Below, piece by piece: positions 35,400-45,573 of a stretch of DNA of 64,000 nucleotides (positions are counted from its first letter, which is position 1; every line of letters starts with the position of its first letter). Both the position numbers and the translations under genes were made by a program. The notes under the pieces were generated by a model. It worked only from the letters and a program-made list of their open reading frames with translations. It searched no databases and was not told the DNA's origin. Location: NCBI GenBank assembly GCA_017991635.1, contig JAGOQE010000002.1, positions 100,237-164,236 of the forward strand, read 5' to 3'. Origin of the DNA: Minisyncoccota bacterium (lineage in GTDB: Bacteria > Patescibacteriota > Minisyncoccia > Phycocordibacterales > Phycocordibacteraceae).

Positions 35400-35813
35400 T
35401 TACTTGTTGATAGTTAGACGCTTCATGCGCTCCTTGCGAAGCTTGTTGCGAGGAATCATACCGTCAACAGTCTTGCGGACGACTTCCTCAATACCCTTCT
35501 TGTCCATGAGCATCTGCATAGATACTTCACGAAGACCTCCTGGGTAGCCGGTGTAGTGCGTGTAAATCTTTCCAGCAATACGCTTCTCGCTCATCTTGAG
35601 CTTTCCTACGTTGTTGATGGTTACCTGTACAGGAGTCACCTTGTTCTTTACGAAGAAGACTGACTTCTTTCCAAGTAGGGCTGAGGCTGCTTCACTTGCC
35701 ACGCGTCCAAGCGTACGGCCGGTAGCGTCAACAGTTACCTCCGAAGGAGCGACCTTGTGGTCGATTCGGTTCTTCTGGTCTTTGTGCATTCGGGTATTCA
35801 TACGCTTAATCAA
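35400..35813 (-). CDS. rplM: 50S ribosomal protein L13
   Basis: 137 aa, typical L13 blocks (WHVVDA-equivalent 'HKVAPSEVTVDATGRTLGRVAS'). Confidence 0.9.
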   Translation of the reverse strand: MIKRMNTRMHKDQKNRIDHKVAPSEVTVDATGRTLGRVASEAASALLGKKSVFFVKNKVTPVQVTINNVGKLKMSEKRIAGKIYTHYTGYPGGLREVSMQMLMDKKGIEEVVRKTVDGMIPRNKLRKERMKRLTINK

Positions 35814-36165
35814 CGAAGGTTATGTAAGCAGTCTTGCGAGCATCTGCTGACGCCGACTGAGGACGCTTGATGATACGAGTGTATCCACCAGGACGCTCAG
35901 TGTAGCGAGGGGCAAGTGTAGAGAAGACCTTAGCGACTGCCTCATCATCACCTCCAAGGCGACTTGAGACGAGACGGCGGTTTGCAACCGTGTCTACGCG
36001 ACCATGCGTAATAACCTTCTCAATGAAGGGGCGGAGTTCCTTAGCTTTCGCCTCGGTCGTTGAGATTCTTTCATGAAGAATAAGGGAACGTGCAAGAGAA
36101 CGAAGCAACGCAGTGCGCTGGTTCTTTGGACGTCCGAATGTTCTTCCTTTGTGTTGGTGTCGCAT
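35806..36165 (-). CDS. rplQ: 50S ribosomal protein L17
   Basis: 'MRHQHKGRTFGRPKNQRTALLRSLA...'. Confidence 0.9.
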   Translation of the reverse strand: MRHQHKGRTFGRPKNQRTALLRSLARSLILHERISTTEAKAKELRPFIEKVITHGRVDTVANRRLVSSRLGGDDEAVAKVFSTLAPRYTERPGGYTRIIKRPQSASADARKTAYITFVD

Positions 36166-36201
36166 GGTAATAATCGCTAACTGTCTATCAGGCTTATCAC
36201 A

Positions 36202-37167
36202 CTACTCGGTTCCTTTCAAGGAAAGGCCAAGTGTATCAAGAGCTTCGGTAATCTCGGTGACTGCTTTGTCGCCGATACCATCGATCTCTTTGAGTTGCTC
36301 TGCTGACTTACGGATAAGGCCGGCTACGCTCTTTACGCCACCCTCAGTAAGAGAGTTTACGGTTCGAGCTGACAAACCGATGTCGTCAATCTTCACTTTC
36401 GCAGGGTCTTTGCCCAGGTCATCAACTGAAGCAACGCTTCGTGTCTCCATACCTGAATCAAAGCCAGACTCCTCGTCTTCCTCCTGGAAGCCGACGATAG
36501 CCTTAAGCTGGTGAATCATGATTTCAATAGAACGCTCAAGCGCTTCGCGCGGTGAGATAGTTCCATTGGTCTCAATCAAAATGCGGAGGCGGTTGAAGTC
36601 GGTTCGGTCACCCACACGCATGTTCTCTACTTCGTAGTTCACACGGCGAATTGGGGTGAAGGTGGCATCAAGAGCGATGGTGCCGATATCAACTTTCTCC
36701 TTGGTCAAAATTTCGCGGGGCATGTAGCCGAGACCGCGCTCAACAGTAGCTTCAAGCTCAAAGCTTCCCTTTCCAGAAAGGCTTACGATGTGCTGGTCAG
36801 GATTTGCAATCTCAACCTGTGAAGGAAGAGAGAAATCAGCTGCAGTTACATCCTTTGTGCCCTTTACTGAAAGGCGGATAGTCTGAGGCTCGTCACCATG
36901 AAGGTTAAAGTGTACGCGCTTAAGGTTAAGGAGAATCTCCATAACGCTCTCACGTGCGCCTTCAATAGTTGCGAACTCGTGAGAAACATCGTCAATCTTT
37001 ACGTTCGTGATGGCTGCACCAGGAAGTGAAGAAAGAACGATACGGCGAAGGCTGTTTCCGAGGGTGTGGCCGTAACCTGGGTATAGAGAATCAATCTCGT
37101 ATACACCTGAAACTGCTTCTTCAGAAACAACGCGAGGCTTAGAGGGTAGTGTGATGTGGTATTCCAT
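36202..37167 (-). CDS. rpoA: DNA-directed RNA polymerase subunit alpha
   Basis: 321 aa. NTD and CTD (helix-hairpin-helix 'LSARTVNSL') recognisable. Confidence 0.9.
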   Translation of the reverse strand: MEYHITLPSKPRVVSEEAVSGVYEIDSLYPGYGHTLGNSLRRIVLSSLPGAAITNVKIDDVSHEFATIEGARESVMEILLNLKRVHFNLHGDEPQTIRLSVKGTKDVTAADFSLPSQVEIANPDQHIVSLSGKGSFELEATVERGLGYMPREILTKEKVDIGTIALDATFTPIRRVNYEVENMRVGDRTDFNRLRILIETNGTISPREALERSIEIMIHQLKAIVGFQEEDEESGFDSGMETRSVASVDDLGKDPAKVKIDDIGLSARTVNSLTEGGVKSVAGLIRKSAEQLKEIDGIGDKAVTEITEALDTLGLSLKGTE

Positions 37168-37199
37168 AACTCAATCTTTATTTACCAGGACTATTAAAA

Positions 37200-37808
37200 C
37201 TAACGGCTGTAGAACGAGAGCACTGACACAAGGTCACCTGCTGGGTCTGCTGACTCAGCAGTTGGGTACTCAACCACACCTCCTGTCATGCTCTTAGCAT
37301 CCCATGAGAGCCATGAAGAAAGAGTGCGGTTTTCGTTGCGGTCACCAAACGACACAAAGGATGCATGGTTCTCGCTTCCCTTGCGTACGCCAATCTTGTC
37401 ACCGAGGTGTACTCGGCGAGAAGGAATGGTGGTCTTAACACCATCAACCGTCACGTGTCCGTGTGAGACCATCTGACGAGCCGCACGTCGCGTCGGCGCA
37501 AGGCCGAGGCGGTACACAACGTTATCAAGACGAAGCTCTAGGAGACGGTGGAGAATTTCAACAGGGTTTGCGCCGTGAGTAGCCATAGCTTCACGTACGA
37601 GGGCAGAAAACTGCTTCTCAGAAATACCATAGGTAAAGCGAACCTTCTGCTTATCAAGAAGCTGACGGCCGTACTCTGTTGGTCCGCGTCCGCGCTTCTT
37701 GGTCTTCTGGCCACGCTCCTGCGCTAGGGCAAACTTCTGAGACATCGTCTTTTCAAAGACTGATGCTCCGAGGCGCTTAGCGATTTTGTATTTTGGTCCT
37801 ACCTTCAT
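37200..37808 (-). CDS. rpsD: 30S ribosomal protein S4
   Basis: 202 aa. S4 domain 'RLDNVVYRLGLAPTRRAARQMVSHGHVTVDG'. Confidence 0.9.
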   Translation of the reverse strand: MKVGPKYKIAKRLGASVFEKTMSQKFALAQERGQKTKKRGRGPTEYGRQLLDKQKVRFTYGISEKQFSALVREAMATHGANPVEILHRLLELRLDNVVYRLGLAPTRRAARQMVSHGHVTVDGVKTTIPSRRVHLGDKIGVRKGSENHASFVSFGDRNENRTLSSWLSWDAKSMTGGVVEYPTAESADPAGDLVSVLSFYSR

Positions 37809-37822
37809 AAATAATTAATGGA

Positions 37823-38257
37823 TTACACGCGACGTGGCTTAGGAGGACGAGGTCCGTTGTGAGGGACTGGAGTCGCATCCTTAATGCTCTTAATTGAAAT
37901 ACCCTTGCCTGAGAAGGCGCGGAGCGCAGACTCACGTCCTGCTCCAACACCACGGATAATGACCGTAGCCTCCTTGAGGCCAATGGCCATAGCCTTCTCA
38001 CCAAGAAGCTCACCCACCTTCGCAGCTGCGTAGGGAGTTGACTTACGAGCTCCAGAGAAACCAAGTGCTCCTGAAGAAGAAGACATGATGGCATTTCCCT
38101 TCTCATCTGTTAGGACGGCCTTGGTGTTGTTGAAGGTAGCCTCAACGTGAAGGATACCCTTCTCCATGCGGCGCTTTGACAACTTTGAAAGAGCACGCTC
38201 TTTGCGTCCTTGATCAAGGCCTTTTCCTGACTTCTTAATGATTCGTTTCTTTCCCAT
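37823..38257 (-). CDS. rpsK: 30S ribosomal protein S11
   Basis: 144 aa. Ends '...TPVPHNGPRPPKPRRV'. Confidence 0.9.
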   Translation of the reverse strand: MGKKRIIKKSGKGLDQGRKERALSKLSKRRMEKGILHVEATFNNTKAVLTDEKGNAIMSSSSGALGFSGARKSTPYAAAKVGELLGEKAMAIGLKEATVIIRGVGAGRESALRAFSGKGISIKSIKDATPVPHNGPRPPKPRRV

Positions 38258-38286
38258 GGTGTAATTAGATATCTAGAGACTTAAAA

Positions 38287-38667
38287 CTATGTCTTCTCAA
38301 GCGTGCGACGACCGCTACCCATAGTCTTACGGGTGTTACCACGGACGGTGCGTGAGTTGGTCTTGGTGCGCTGACCCTTTACAGGGAGGCGACGCTCATG
38401 ACGAACACCACGAGCTGAACGAATATCCTTCAAGCGCTTGATGTTCTGACCAATTTCACGGCGGAGCTCACCCTCGATGGTGAAGCCTTCAGCAAGTACG
38501 CGAATCTGCTGTTCTTCATCTGAGGTAAGCTCAGAACCCTTCTTAGTGAAAGGAACACCTACCTGCTTGAGGATTTCTTTGGCGCGGGTTGGACCGATGC
38601 CATAGATAAGAGGCAGCGCGTATGAGAGCTGCTTGTTATCGGGAAGTGTTACGCCGGCGATACGCAT
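38287..38667 (-). CDS. rpsM: 30S ribosomal protein S13
   Basis: 'MRIAGVTLPDNKQLSYALPLIYGIGPTRAKEIL'. Confidence 0.9.
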   Translation of the reverse strand: MRIAGVTLPDNKQLSYALPLIYGIGPTRAKEILKQVGVPFTKKGSELTSDEEQQIRVLAEGFTIEGELRREIGQNIKRLKDIRSARGVRHERRLPVKGQRTKTNSRTVRGNTRKTMGSGRRTLEKT

Positions 38668-38695
38668 AGGAAATTAAATACGGTACGAAAATAAA

Positions 38696-38812
38696 TTAAC
38701 CCTGACGAGCCTTACGGCGTGGGTTCTTCTTGTTAATGCGGAATAGGCGTCCACCACGGCGAACAATAATGTCACCTGGTTGCTGAACCTTTACTGATGC
38801 GCGTACTTTCAT
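38696..38812 (-). CDS. rpmJ: 50S ribosomal protein L36
   Basis: Not in the ORF track (38 aa). Hand translation: [38 protein letters not shown]. Confidence 0.8.
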   Translation of the reverse strand: MKVRASVKVQQPGDIIVRRGGRLFRINKKNPRRKARQG

Positions 38813-38816
38813 GGTG

Positions 38817-39035
38817 TTAGGTAAGACGCCTCACGATACGAGCGCGACCGCCATAGGGGTCAACCACGAGCTCTACTTTGTCTCCAACAAGGACGCGGAT
38901 GCGATGAAGTCGCATCTTCCCTGCAAGGTACGCAAGTAAAAGCTCGTCAGATGGCATACGCACACGAAACAACGAGTTGGGAAGTACCTCTTCAACGGTA
39001 CCTTCCGCTGTTTCTGTGTTTTTACCATCTGTCAT
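38817..39035 (-). CDS. infA: Translation initiation factor IF-1
   Basis: '...[59 protein letters not shown]'. Start is probably at MTDGKNTE. Confidence 0.85.
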   Translation of the reverse strand: MTDGKNTETAEGTVEEVLPNSLFRVRMPSDELLLAYLAGKMRLHRIRVLVGDKVELVVDPYGGRARIVRRLT

Positions 39036-39091
39036 GTGAAGCTTGGTGATAATAACAAACGCTGATAAATGAGTCAACTACAGGCTCCCTT

Positions 39092-40342
39092 CTACTTCTT
39101 GACGTCGACAATCTCTACCTTGATTTTCTCAGGATCATCAGGGAAGGTTGAGGCCCAGAATGGGCGAAGCACCATATTTGCTCGGTCTACTGAAGGTAGT
39201 CCACCTACAATAACACGGGCATTCTCGCGACTTTTGCCTGCAACTGCCCCGGCAACCTCAACCTCATCAATTCCCCAAACGAGCGTTGTATTTCCTTCTA
39301 TTTTGAATGAATAGCTCTCCACAGCATCAGGACTTTCAGGGGTAATGGCGCTGAAGGTGAGGTTCTTGGAGTCCTCGACGGTGATTGGCTGACCTGAGAA
39401 TCCACCAGCGATTTGGTAGGCAAGAGCTTTCGCAAGAGCGGCATTTGGGATAGTAAATGCCTTCATAACGGCCCTGAGGCGAACATCCACCTTCCCTCCT
39501 TGTCCTGGAGCGTCTGGAAGAGTTTCAAGAGTGATGGTGTATGCGCCTGGAAGAGTCATGTACCCTTCCTTGAGCTTTCCTTCTAGTTCACCCTGAATGT
39601 CGGTGCGAAGTGCAGCCTCCATCTTTGCGACTTCTGCAGTGCGGGTTGCTTCACTCACTGAAGGGCGTGTACCTGCAAATCCTCCCGTCATAGGTTCAGT
39701 TGATTTTGCGTAGACGAGGTCAAATGACTTTCCTCCCTTAAGACCAGGAACGGTGAAGTCTGAAGCAGGAATGTTGTACTTCTCACCTCCTTCGTCTGAG
39801 TACACCGATGCAGTAATGCTTCCGGGAGCATTACTGGTGCCGGCTGGAATAACGACTGAATCCTTTATGCGGAAGATAAGGCCAGAAGGAGTCTCAAAGC
39901 GGGTGTTCTTGATGAGCTGTTGAGAATTTGGCTGTGCGTTGTAGATGGTGATGGTTCCTGTCGCAGGATCATTTGCTTCAACGGTTGATTCAGCTTCAAC
40001 TGAGTTAGTAGCGATTTTCTCTACAACAACGACTTCGTATGGAAGCTCGCCCTGTCCCTTGGTTGCAGTCATTTCAGCAGAGACGTACGCCGTGTTTCTT
40101 TGTGGAGTCACCTGTACGGTTGCGCCAGAGAAGAAATGAAGCACACCCACTGAGCCAGCAACTACGACAAGAGCAATAAGTGCAGTTCCGAATGGGAACT
40201 TCTTGTTGCTTCGTGGACGACGTGCACGCTCACGGGGTGCTTCGTAGGCAGGAGGTGGAGTGTATGAAGACTCGTGAGTGTTCATGTCCCCCATAGCGCG
40301 TCTGCGGGATGGAGGAATGATGTCGTTAAGGGTTTTAGGCAT
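39092..40342 (-). CDS. Membrane-anchored extracytoplasmic protein, unknown function (occupies the slot upstream of infA where map/adk/secY normally sit)
   Basis: 416 aa. Basic Pro-rich N-terminus, one TM helix, large Thr/Ser/Gly-rich β-rich ectodomain. Confidence 0.4.
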   Translation of the reverse strand: MPKTLNDIIPPSRRRAMGDMNTHESSYTPPPAYEAPRERARRPRSNKKFPFGTALIALVVVAGSVGVLHFFSGATVQVTPQRNTAYVSAEMTATKGQGELPYEVVVVEKIATNSVEAESTVEANDPATGTITIYNAQPNSQQLIKNTRFETPSGLIFRIKDSVVIPAGTSNAPGSITASVYSDEGGEKYNIPASDFTVPGLKGGKSFDLVYAKSTEPMTGGFAGTRPSVSEATRTAEVAKMEAALRTDIQGELEGKLKEGYMTLPGAYTITLETLPDAPGQGGKVDVRLRAVMKAFTIPNAALAKALAYQIAGGFSGQPITVEDSKNLTFSAITPESPDAVESYSFKIEGNTTLVWGIDEVEVAGAVAGKSRENARVIVGGLPSVDRANMVLRPFWASTFPDDPEKIKVEIVDVKK

Positions 40343-40431
40343 ACAAAATCGCTGAATAATCGCTACCTGGTAATGTGGTTTCTAGTATACCTGTCTCCAC
40401 GCCCTCTGGCGACTCTCTGGTGGATAGAGGC

Positions 40432-41574
40432 TCAAGTCTTTGGTAACGGTTCAAACCGCTTGTTGTGGTAGAGGGCGAGCATGGCCAAAAAGACATCTCC
40501 TTCCGCTTCACCTCGTGTACGTACGAACTGTGCCAAGTGTTCCGGGCAGAGCGCGATGACGGTGAGAGGCTCGTCTGAAAGCCAGAGCGAGTGTACGTCT
40601 CTCGAGTCCAATAGTCCTTCCATGAATGCGCGGATAGGCTCGTCTGCAAGAAGAAACACTGAACGCGGGAGCGCGTGTCTGGTCTTGAAGTCACGAAGCA
40701 CGGTGCAGACTGCAGACTTCCATGCCTCTTGGGATGCGTTTGTCTCAGAAGCGCCACCCCCTTTAGTTGTTGGAGTTGGAAGTGTCATCGGTTCTACTGG
40801 ACAGGTATTGCTCTCCTTTTTGAGTGAGGTGATAAGGCTGTGCGCGCCAAGCGGAACACTTGAGACGTCAGTGAGAATGCCTTGTTTTACAAAAATAAAG
40901 TCAGTGGCCTCACCCGTCACGTCGACGATGAGAAAATCTTTCTCGTGCGGGTACATATCGCGAATAACGGCGTAGGATAAGGGCGCAAAGGCGGTCGTAA
41001 CTACGTGGTTATTGTGAAAGGCATGGCGAAGCGTCTTCTCAATCTTTCCTGCGACATCATCTTCAAGACTTGAGGAGAGAATAATGAGATCTGCGCGTTT
41101 TGCCTTCTTTCCAAAAGGGTTTCCAATTTCATACCCGTTAAGAAGTGTTGCAATAACTGCTTCGTCGGCTTCCCTCCTGCCCTCAATGACTTGGGCAGAC
41201 TTCTTTGCCGTCTCGTGAAGAAGCTGACGGGTAAAGAGAAATGGCTTCTCCTCGGAAATTGTTTCAACGCGTACACGAGTTTCCTGCCACGGAGAAGCGA
41301 TAGACGCTAGGACACACGAGGCGTGCCCGGTCTTTAGTTCTTTGCGAAGCACTGGTCCGCCGTATCGCACCATGACGTGACCTAATTCTTCAAGGGCACG
41401 GAGCATGCTCTTGCCGGCTTCTTCTCCCTCTCTACGAGTGATAGGGATGCGCGCAGTGAAGTAGAGCGTTGGCGCGCTCGCGGGTTCAAAATGAGCGTAC
41501 GCTCCGCCCACTGAGGATGAACCAATGTCTACGAGTGCAACCGTTTGGCGCACAGGTTTGCCGAAGAGTCCCAT
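40432..41574 (-). CDS. Actin-like ATPase (ASKHA superfamily) protein; PilM/Ppx-GppA-like
   Basis: 380 aa. N-terminal 'VALVDIGSSSVGGAY' phosphate-1 motif and 'FLIVDVTGEATDF' phosphate-2 motif. Confidence 0.4.
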   Translation of the reverse strand: MGLFGKPVRQTVALVDIGSSSVGGAYAHFEPASAPTLYFTARIPITRREGEEAGKSMLRALEELGHVMVRYGGPVLRKELKTGHASCVLASIASPWQETRVRVETISEEKPFLFTRQLLHETAKKSAQVIEGRREADEAVIATLLNGYEIGNPFGKKAKRADLIILSSSLEDDVAGKIEKTLRHAFHNNHVVTTAFAPLSYAVIRDMYPHEKDFLIVDVTGEATDFIFVKQGILTDVSSVPLGAHSLITSLKKESNTCPVEPMTLPTPTTKGGGASETNASQEAWKSAVCTVLRDFKTRHALPRSVFLLADEPIRAFMEGLLDSRDVHSLWLSDEPLTVIALCPEHLAQFVRTRGEAEGDVFLAMLALYHNKRFEPLPKT

Positions 41575-41595
41575 GCTCTTCAGTATACAACCTCT

Positions 41596-43515
41596 CTACA
41601 CGACGACGGCCTTGATACGGCGTACACCCTGTGCAACTGATTCCTCTTTAAGAATTTTGAATTTCTTTCCACCCTCTCCGATTTCCTTGGTGTTGTGTAC
41701 GTGCGGTCCGCCACAAAACTCAAGTGAGAATGCTTCAGGAATACGAGGATTCTCTGGTGTTGAACCTAGGGGTCCTACTGAGTAGACCGTGACCATGTCA
41801 GGATACTTCACGCCAAATTCCATTTCAGCACCCAAACTTTCAGCTTCTTCACGCTTCATTGCGGTGCGTTGTACGGGAAGCTCTGCATCAATTTGTGCCT
41901 GCACGAGGGCCTCTACTTCAGCCTTCTGCTCATCCGTCATCTTCTCGCCGTGTGAGAAGTCAATGCGAAGACGCTCTGAAGTAATATTTGAACCGCGCTG
42001 GTGCACATGCGTACCAAGCACCTTTCGAAGCGCTGCCAAAAGAAGGTGGTGGGTGGTGTGGTAGCGCACCGTCTGCTCTGAATGGTCAGCAAGTCCTCCT
42101 GCAAACTTTTGCGCTGCTCCTGCGCGAGACTTGTCTTGATGCTCCTTCATCTTTGCATCAAATTCTTCTCGTGAGACAGAGAGTCCCTTCTCACTCGCAA
42201 GTTCTTCGGTGAGCTCTACAGGAAAACCAAAAGAAGTGAAGAGTATAAAGGCGCTCTCGCCTGTAATATCGCCACGCTTTGCCTGCTTCTCAAATTCCTT
42301 GAGGCCGGTTTCAAGAGTCTTTCTAAATTTCTCCTCCTCCTTTTTAATTTCAGCACTGATGGTTTCTGCATTCTCCTTAAGTAGAGGGTAGTGGTCGGCG
42401 TAGACGTCTGCATAGCCTTTAGCTACCTCAACAAGAATGGCTTCCTTGATACCTAGGCGATCTGCCTCACGAATGGCACGGCGAAGCAAACGACGGAGAA
42501 CATAGCCCGCCTCAGAGTTTGCTGGAAGGATTCCTTCAGCGAGCATGAAGGTGCCTGCGCGCATGTGATCCAGAATGATACGGAACGAGCGAGTCGTTAC
42601 CTCATCCTCGCCATACTTCTTGCCTGAGCGCATTTCAAGTGCCCTCTTTGGCTCTTCAAATACATCATTAAAGAAGACGTCAGAGTTACCAAGCGTTGCG
42701 GCTGTCAATCGCTCAAGTCCACCACCAAAATCTACGTTTTGCTTTGGAAGATTCTCAAATGAGCCGTCTGCCTGCTTCACATACTGCATGAATACTGAGT
42801 TGCAGATTTCAACAAAGCGACCACAGTCACAGTTAGGGTGACATTTCTCGCCCCACTTGGTGTCGTGCGGAAGTCCAAAATCGTAGAAGACTTCTGAATC
42901 AGGTCCACCAGGCTCGCCAGCGGGCATATTAGAAGGTACGCCTGCCCTACTCCACCAGTTTTTCTTTGCATCATAGGCAAAGATGCGGTCATTGCCTTCA
43001 AATCCCTTTGTGTAGCCATCCGCCTCACTTCCAATATCCTTAAATTCAGCAGTGACACCCTTTGACGCAAAGAGTTCCTTCCAGATTTCAACAGCCTTAG
43101 TGTCGGCTTCCATACCTGAGTCCTTATCTCCTGCAAAGACGGTGACATAGAGCTTTGAAGGGTCCAGGCCAAGTCCTTCTTCAGAGCTTGTGAGAAACTC
43201 AAAAATCCATGGGAGCTGTTCTTTTTTGAAGTAATTGCCCAACGACCAGTTTCCAAGCATTTCAAAGAAGGTGGTGTGACGGTTGTCTCCCACTTCTTCA
43301 ATGTCGCCTGCACGAAAGGCAAGCTGAGAGTCTACGAGACGGTCGCCTCCTGGGTGCTCTTGTCCGAGAAGGTATGGAATCAAGGGTTGCATACCTGAAG
43401 AGGTAAAAAGTGTGGTGGGGTCATTCCCAGGCACGATGGGCGCTGAAGGGATAATGGTGTGCCCTCGTGAGACAAAGAAATCCAGATAGCGTTTGCGTAC
43501 TTCAGAGATAGTCAT
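41596..43515 (-). CDS. alaS: Alanine--tRNA ligase (short form, lacking the C-terminal DHHA1 domain)
   Basis: N-terminal 'MTISEVRKRYLDFFVSRGHTIIPSAPIVPGNDPTTLFTSSGMQPL' typical of AlaRS. Editing-domain 'HTTHHLL' zinc motif. Confidence 0.85.
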   Translation of the reverse strand: MTISEVRKRYLDFFVSRGHTIIPSAPIVPGNDPTTLFTSSGMQPLIPYLLGQEHPGGDRLVDSQLAFRAGDIEEVGDNRHTTFFEMLGNWSLGNYFKKEQLPWIFEFLTSSEEGLGLDPSKLYVTVFAGDKDSGMEADTKAVEIWKELFASKGVTAEFKDIGSEADGYTKGFEGNDRIFAYDAKKNWWSRAGVPSNMPAGEPGGPDSEVFYDFGLPHDTKWGEKCHPNCDCGRFVEICNSVFMQYVKQADGSFENLPKQNVDFGGGLERLTAATLGNSDVFFNDVFEEPKRALEMRSGKKYGEDEVTTRSFRIILDHMRAGTFMLAEGILPANSEAGYVLRRLLRRAIREADRLGIKEAILVEVAKGYADVYADHYPLLKENAETISAEIKKEEEKFRKTLETGLKEFEKQAKRGDITGESAFILFTSFGFPVELTEELASEKGLSVSREEFDAKMKEHQDKSRAGAAQKFAGGLADHSEQTVRYHTTHHLLLAALRKVLGTHVHQRGSNITSERLRIDFSHGEKMTDEQKAEVEALVQAQIDAELPVQRTAMKREEAESLGAEMEFGVKYPDMVTVYSVGPLGSTPENPRIPEAFSLEFCGGPHVHNTKEIGEGGKKFKILKEESVAQGVRRIKAVVV

Positions 43516-43555
43516 AGTGTGGTAAGACGATACCACGGCTTGTATACTCTTTGCT

Positions 43556-45529
43556 ATGGCTACTACACGCACATCTTGGGGTTTTGATATAAGTGAACTT
43601 GATCACACGATTCGTCCACAGGACGACTTTTTTCACCACGCTAGTCAGAAGTGGATTGATGCTAATTCTATTCCTCTAGAGGAATCACGATGGGGCTCAT
43701 TCATGAAGCTCCGCAAGGAAACGGACGAGAAACTTCACGCTATTTTGAAAGCAATTTCTGCAAAGAAAAACTTGGAAGAAGGAAGCACCGAGCAAATTCT
43801 TCGGGACTTCTTTGTAAGTGGTATGGACAGTAAGAAGCGAAACAAGCTAGGGGCAAGTCCCCTCTTGCCTCTTCGTGCTCTTATAGACTCAATTGAGTCT
43901 AGGGAAGATTTGGAAGAGGTTATCGCAACACTCCACCGTATCGGCGTTGATGTCGTCTTTAGTACGGGCATTGACCAGGATGCAAAGAACGCTACGCGCT
44001 ACGTACTGCATGTTGCTCAAGGAGGTATTGGACTTCCTGACCGTGACTACTACCTTAAAACCGATGCAGAAAGCACACGAGTGCTAACTGCGTACAAAGA
44101 ACACGTGGAGAAAATCTATGTCCTTATGGGCAGAAGTCCTGAGGAGGCAAAGGCTGAAATGGAACGCTTCATTCTCCTTGAGACGAAACTCGCCAAGGTT
44201 TCAATGAGAAAGGAGGACACGAGGGATGCTGACAAGACGTATCACAAGATGACGCTTGCAGTCCTCAAGAAGCATGCTCCTGAATTTGTCTGGAAGAGCT
44301 ATATGGAACGGATTGGTGCAGAAAAAGCTAAAGATGTGATTGTTATGCAACCTCAGTTTATTAAGGCGGTGAGCACCCTTCTTGACCGAATCTCACTCTC
44401 TGACTGGAAGAGCTATATGGAGTGGCATTTGGTGAATGATTCAGCCTCGCTCCTCTCAGAAGAGTATGTGAACACTGTATTTGATTTCTATGGTCGCGTG
44501 CTTATGGGTGCAAAGGAAATGAAGCCATTGTGGCGTCGTGTGCTTGGCGTCGTGAATGGTCAGGTCGGTGAGCTTCTCGGGAAAGCATATGTAGAAAAGT
44601 ACTTCTCTCCTGAAGCTAAGAAGAAGATGCTCGTCCTTGTTAAAGACCTCATGACTGCGTATGAGGCACGGCTAGAGTCTCTTGATTGGATGAGTGCAGC
44701 GACCAAGAAGAAGGCGCTGAAGAAGCTCAAGGCACTCAATACAAAAATTGGATACCCTGATAAGTGGAAGACGTATAAGGGTCTTCGCATTTCTCCTGAC
44801 GACTATTTCGGTAACGTTATGCGCACGAATGAGTTTGAACACAAGCGCGCCATGAAGAAGCTTGTAGGCGCTGTGGACCGCAAGGAGTGGTTCATGTATC
44901 CACAAACGGTAAATGCGTATTTCGCACCGAATCTAAACGACATTGTATTCCCTGCTGCGATTCTTCAGCCTCCGTTCTTCAGTGTGTCTGCTGATGATGC
45001 GCTTAACTACGGTTCAATCGGTACTGTGATTGGGCACGAAATTACCCACGGCTTTGACGACCAAGGTTGTAAATTTGATGAGTTTGGAAACTTGAAAAGC
45101 TGGTGGACCAAAGAAGACAAAAAGCGATTTGAAGCGAAGGCAAAAAAGATTAAGAAGCAGTACGACCAGTATGTTGTTGCGGATGGCGTGCATGTAAATG
45201 GAGCACTTACGCTTGGAGAGAATATTGCTGACCTCGGAGGACTCTCAATTGCCTATGATGCGTATCAGTTGGCACTTGCGCGTACCGGAAGAAAGGAGAT
45301 TGATGGTCTGTCTCCAGAGGAACGGTTCTTCATTGGATTCTCGCTCTTTGAACGAGAGCACGCACGAGATGAATTTCAGAAAATGCAGGTTCTTACTGAC
45401 CCGCACTCTCCCGGCAAATTCAGAATTAACGGTACGCTCACTAACTTCAATGTCTTCTACGATACGTATGGAGTTACAAAGGGTGACAAACTCTTCAGAG
45501 CTCCAAAAGACAGAGAGATGGTCTGGTAA
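43556..45529 (+). CDS. pepO: M13-family zinc metallopeptidase (neprilysin/PepO-like endopeptidase)
   Basis: 657 aa. 'VIGHEITHGFDDQG' HExxH. 'GENIADLGG' ENIAD motif. N-terminal 'DDFFHHASQKW'. Confidence 0.85.
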   Translation: MATTRTSWGFDISELDHTIRPQDDFFHHASQKWIDANSIPLEESRWGSFMKLRKETDEKLHAILKAISAKKNLEEGSTEQILRDFFVSGMDSKKRNKLGASPLLPLRALIDSIESREDLEEVIATLHRIGVDVVFSTGIDQDAKNATRYVLHVAQGGIGLPDRDYYLKTDAESTRVLTAYKEHVEKIYVLMGRSPEEAKAEMERFILLETKLAKVSMRKEDTRDADKTYHKMTLAVLKKHAPEFVWKSYMERIGAEKAKDVIVMQPQFIKAVSTLLDRISLSDWKSYMEWHLVNDSASLLSEEYVNTVFDFYGRVLMGAKEMKPLWRRVLGVVNGQVGELLGKAYVEKYFSPEAKKKMLVLVKDLMTAYEARLESLDWMSAATKKKALKKLKALNTKIGYPDKWKTYKGLRISPDDYFGNVMRTNEFEHKRAMKKLVGAVDRKEWFMYPQTVNAYFAPNLNDIVFPAAILQPPFFSVSADDALNYGSIGTVIGHEITHGFDDQGCKFDEFGNLKSWWTKEDKKRFEAKAKKIKKQYDQYVVADGVHVNGALTLGENIADLGGLSIAYDAYQLALARTGRKEIDGLSPEERFFIGFSLFEREHARDEFQKMQVLTDPHSPGKFRINGTLTNFNVFYDTYGVTKGDKLFRAPKDREMVW

Positions 45530-45537
45530 CAACAAAC

Positions 45538-45562
45538 GGGCGTCGACTAGAAGTCGACGCCC
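45538..45562. terminator. Bidirectional intrinsic terminator between convergent pepO and membrane-protein gene
   Basis: GGGCGTCGAC-TAGAA-GTCGACGCCC. Confidence 0.5.
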
Positions 45563-45573
45563 GCGCTGCATTC

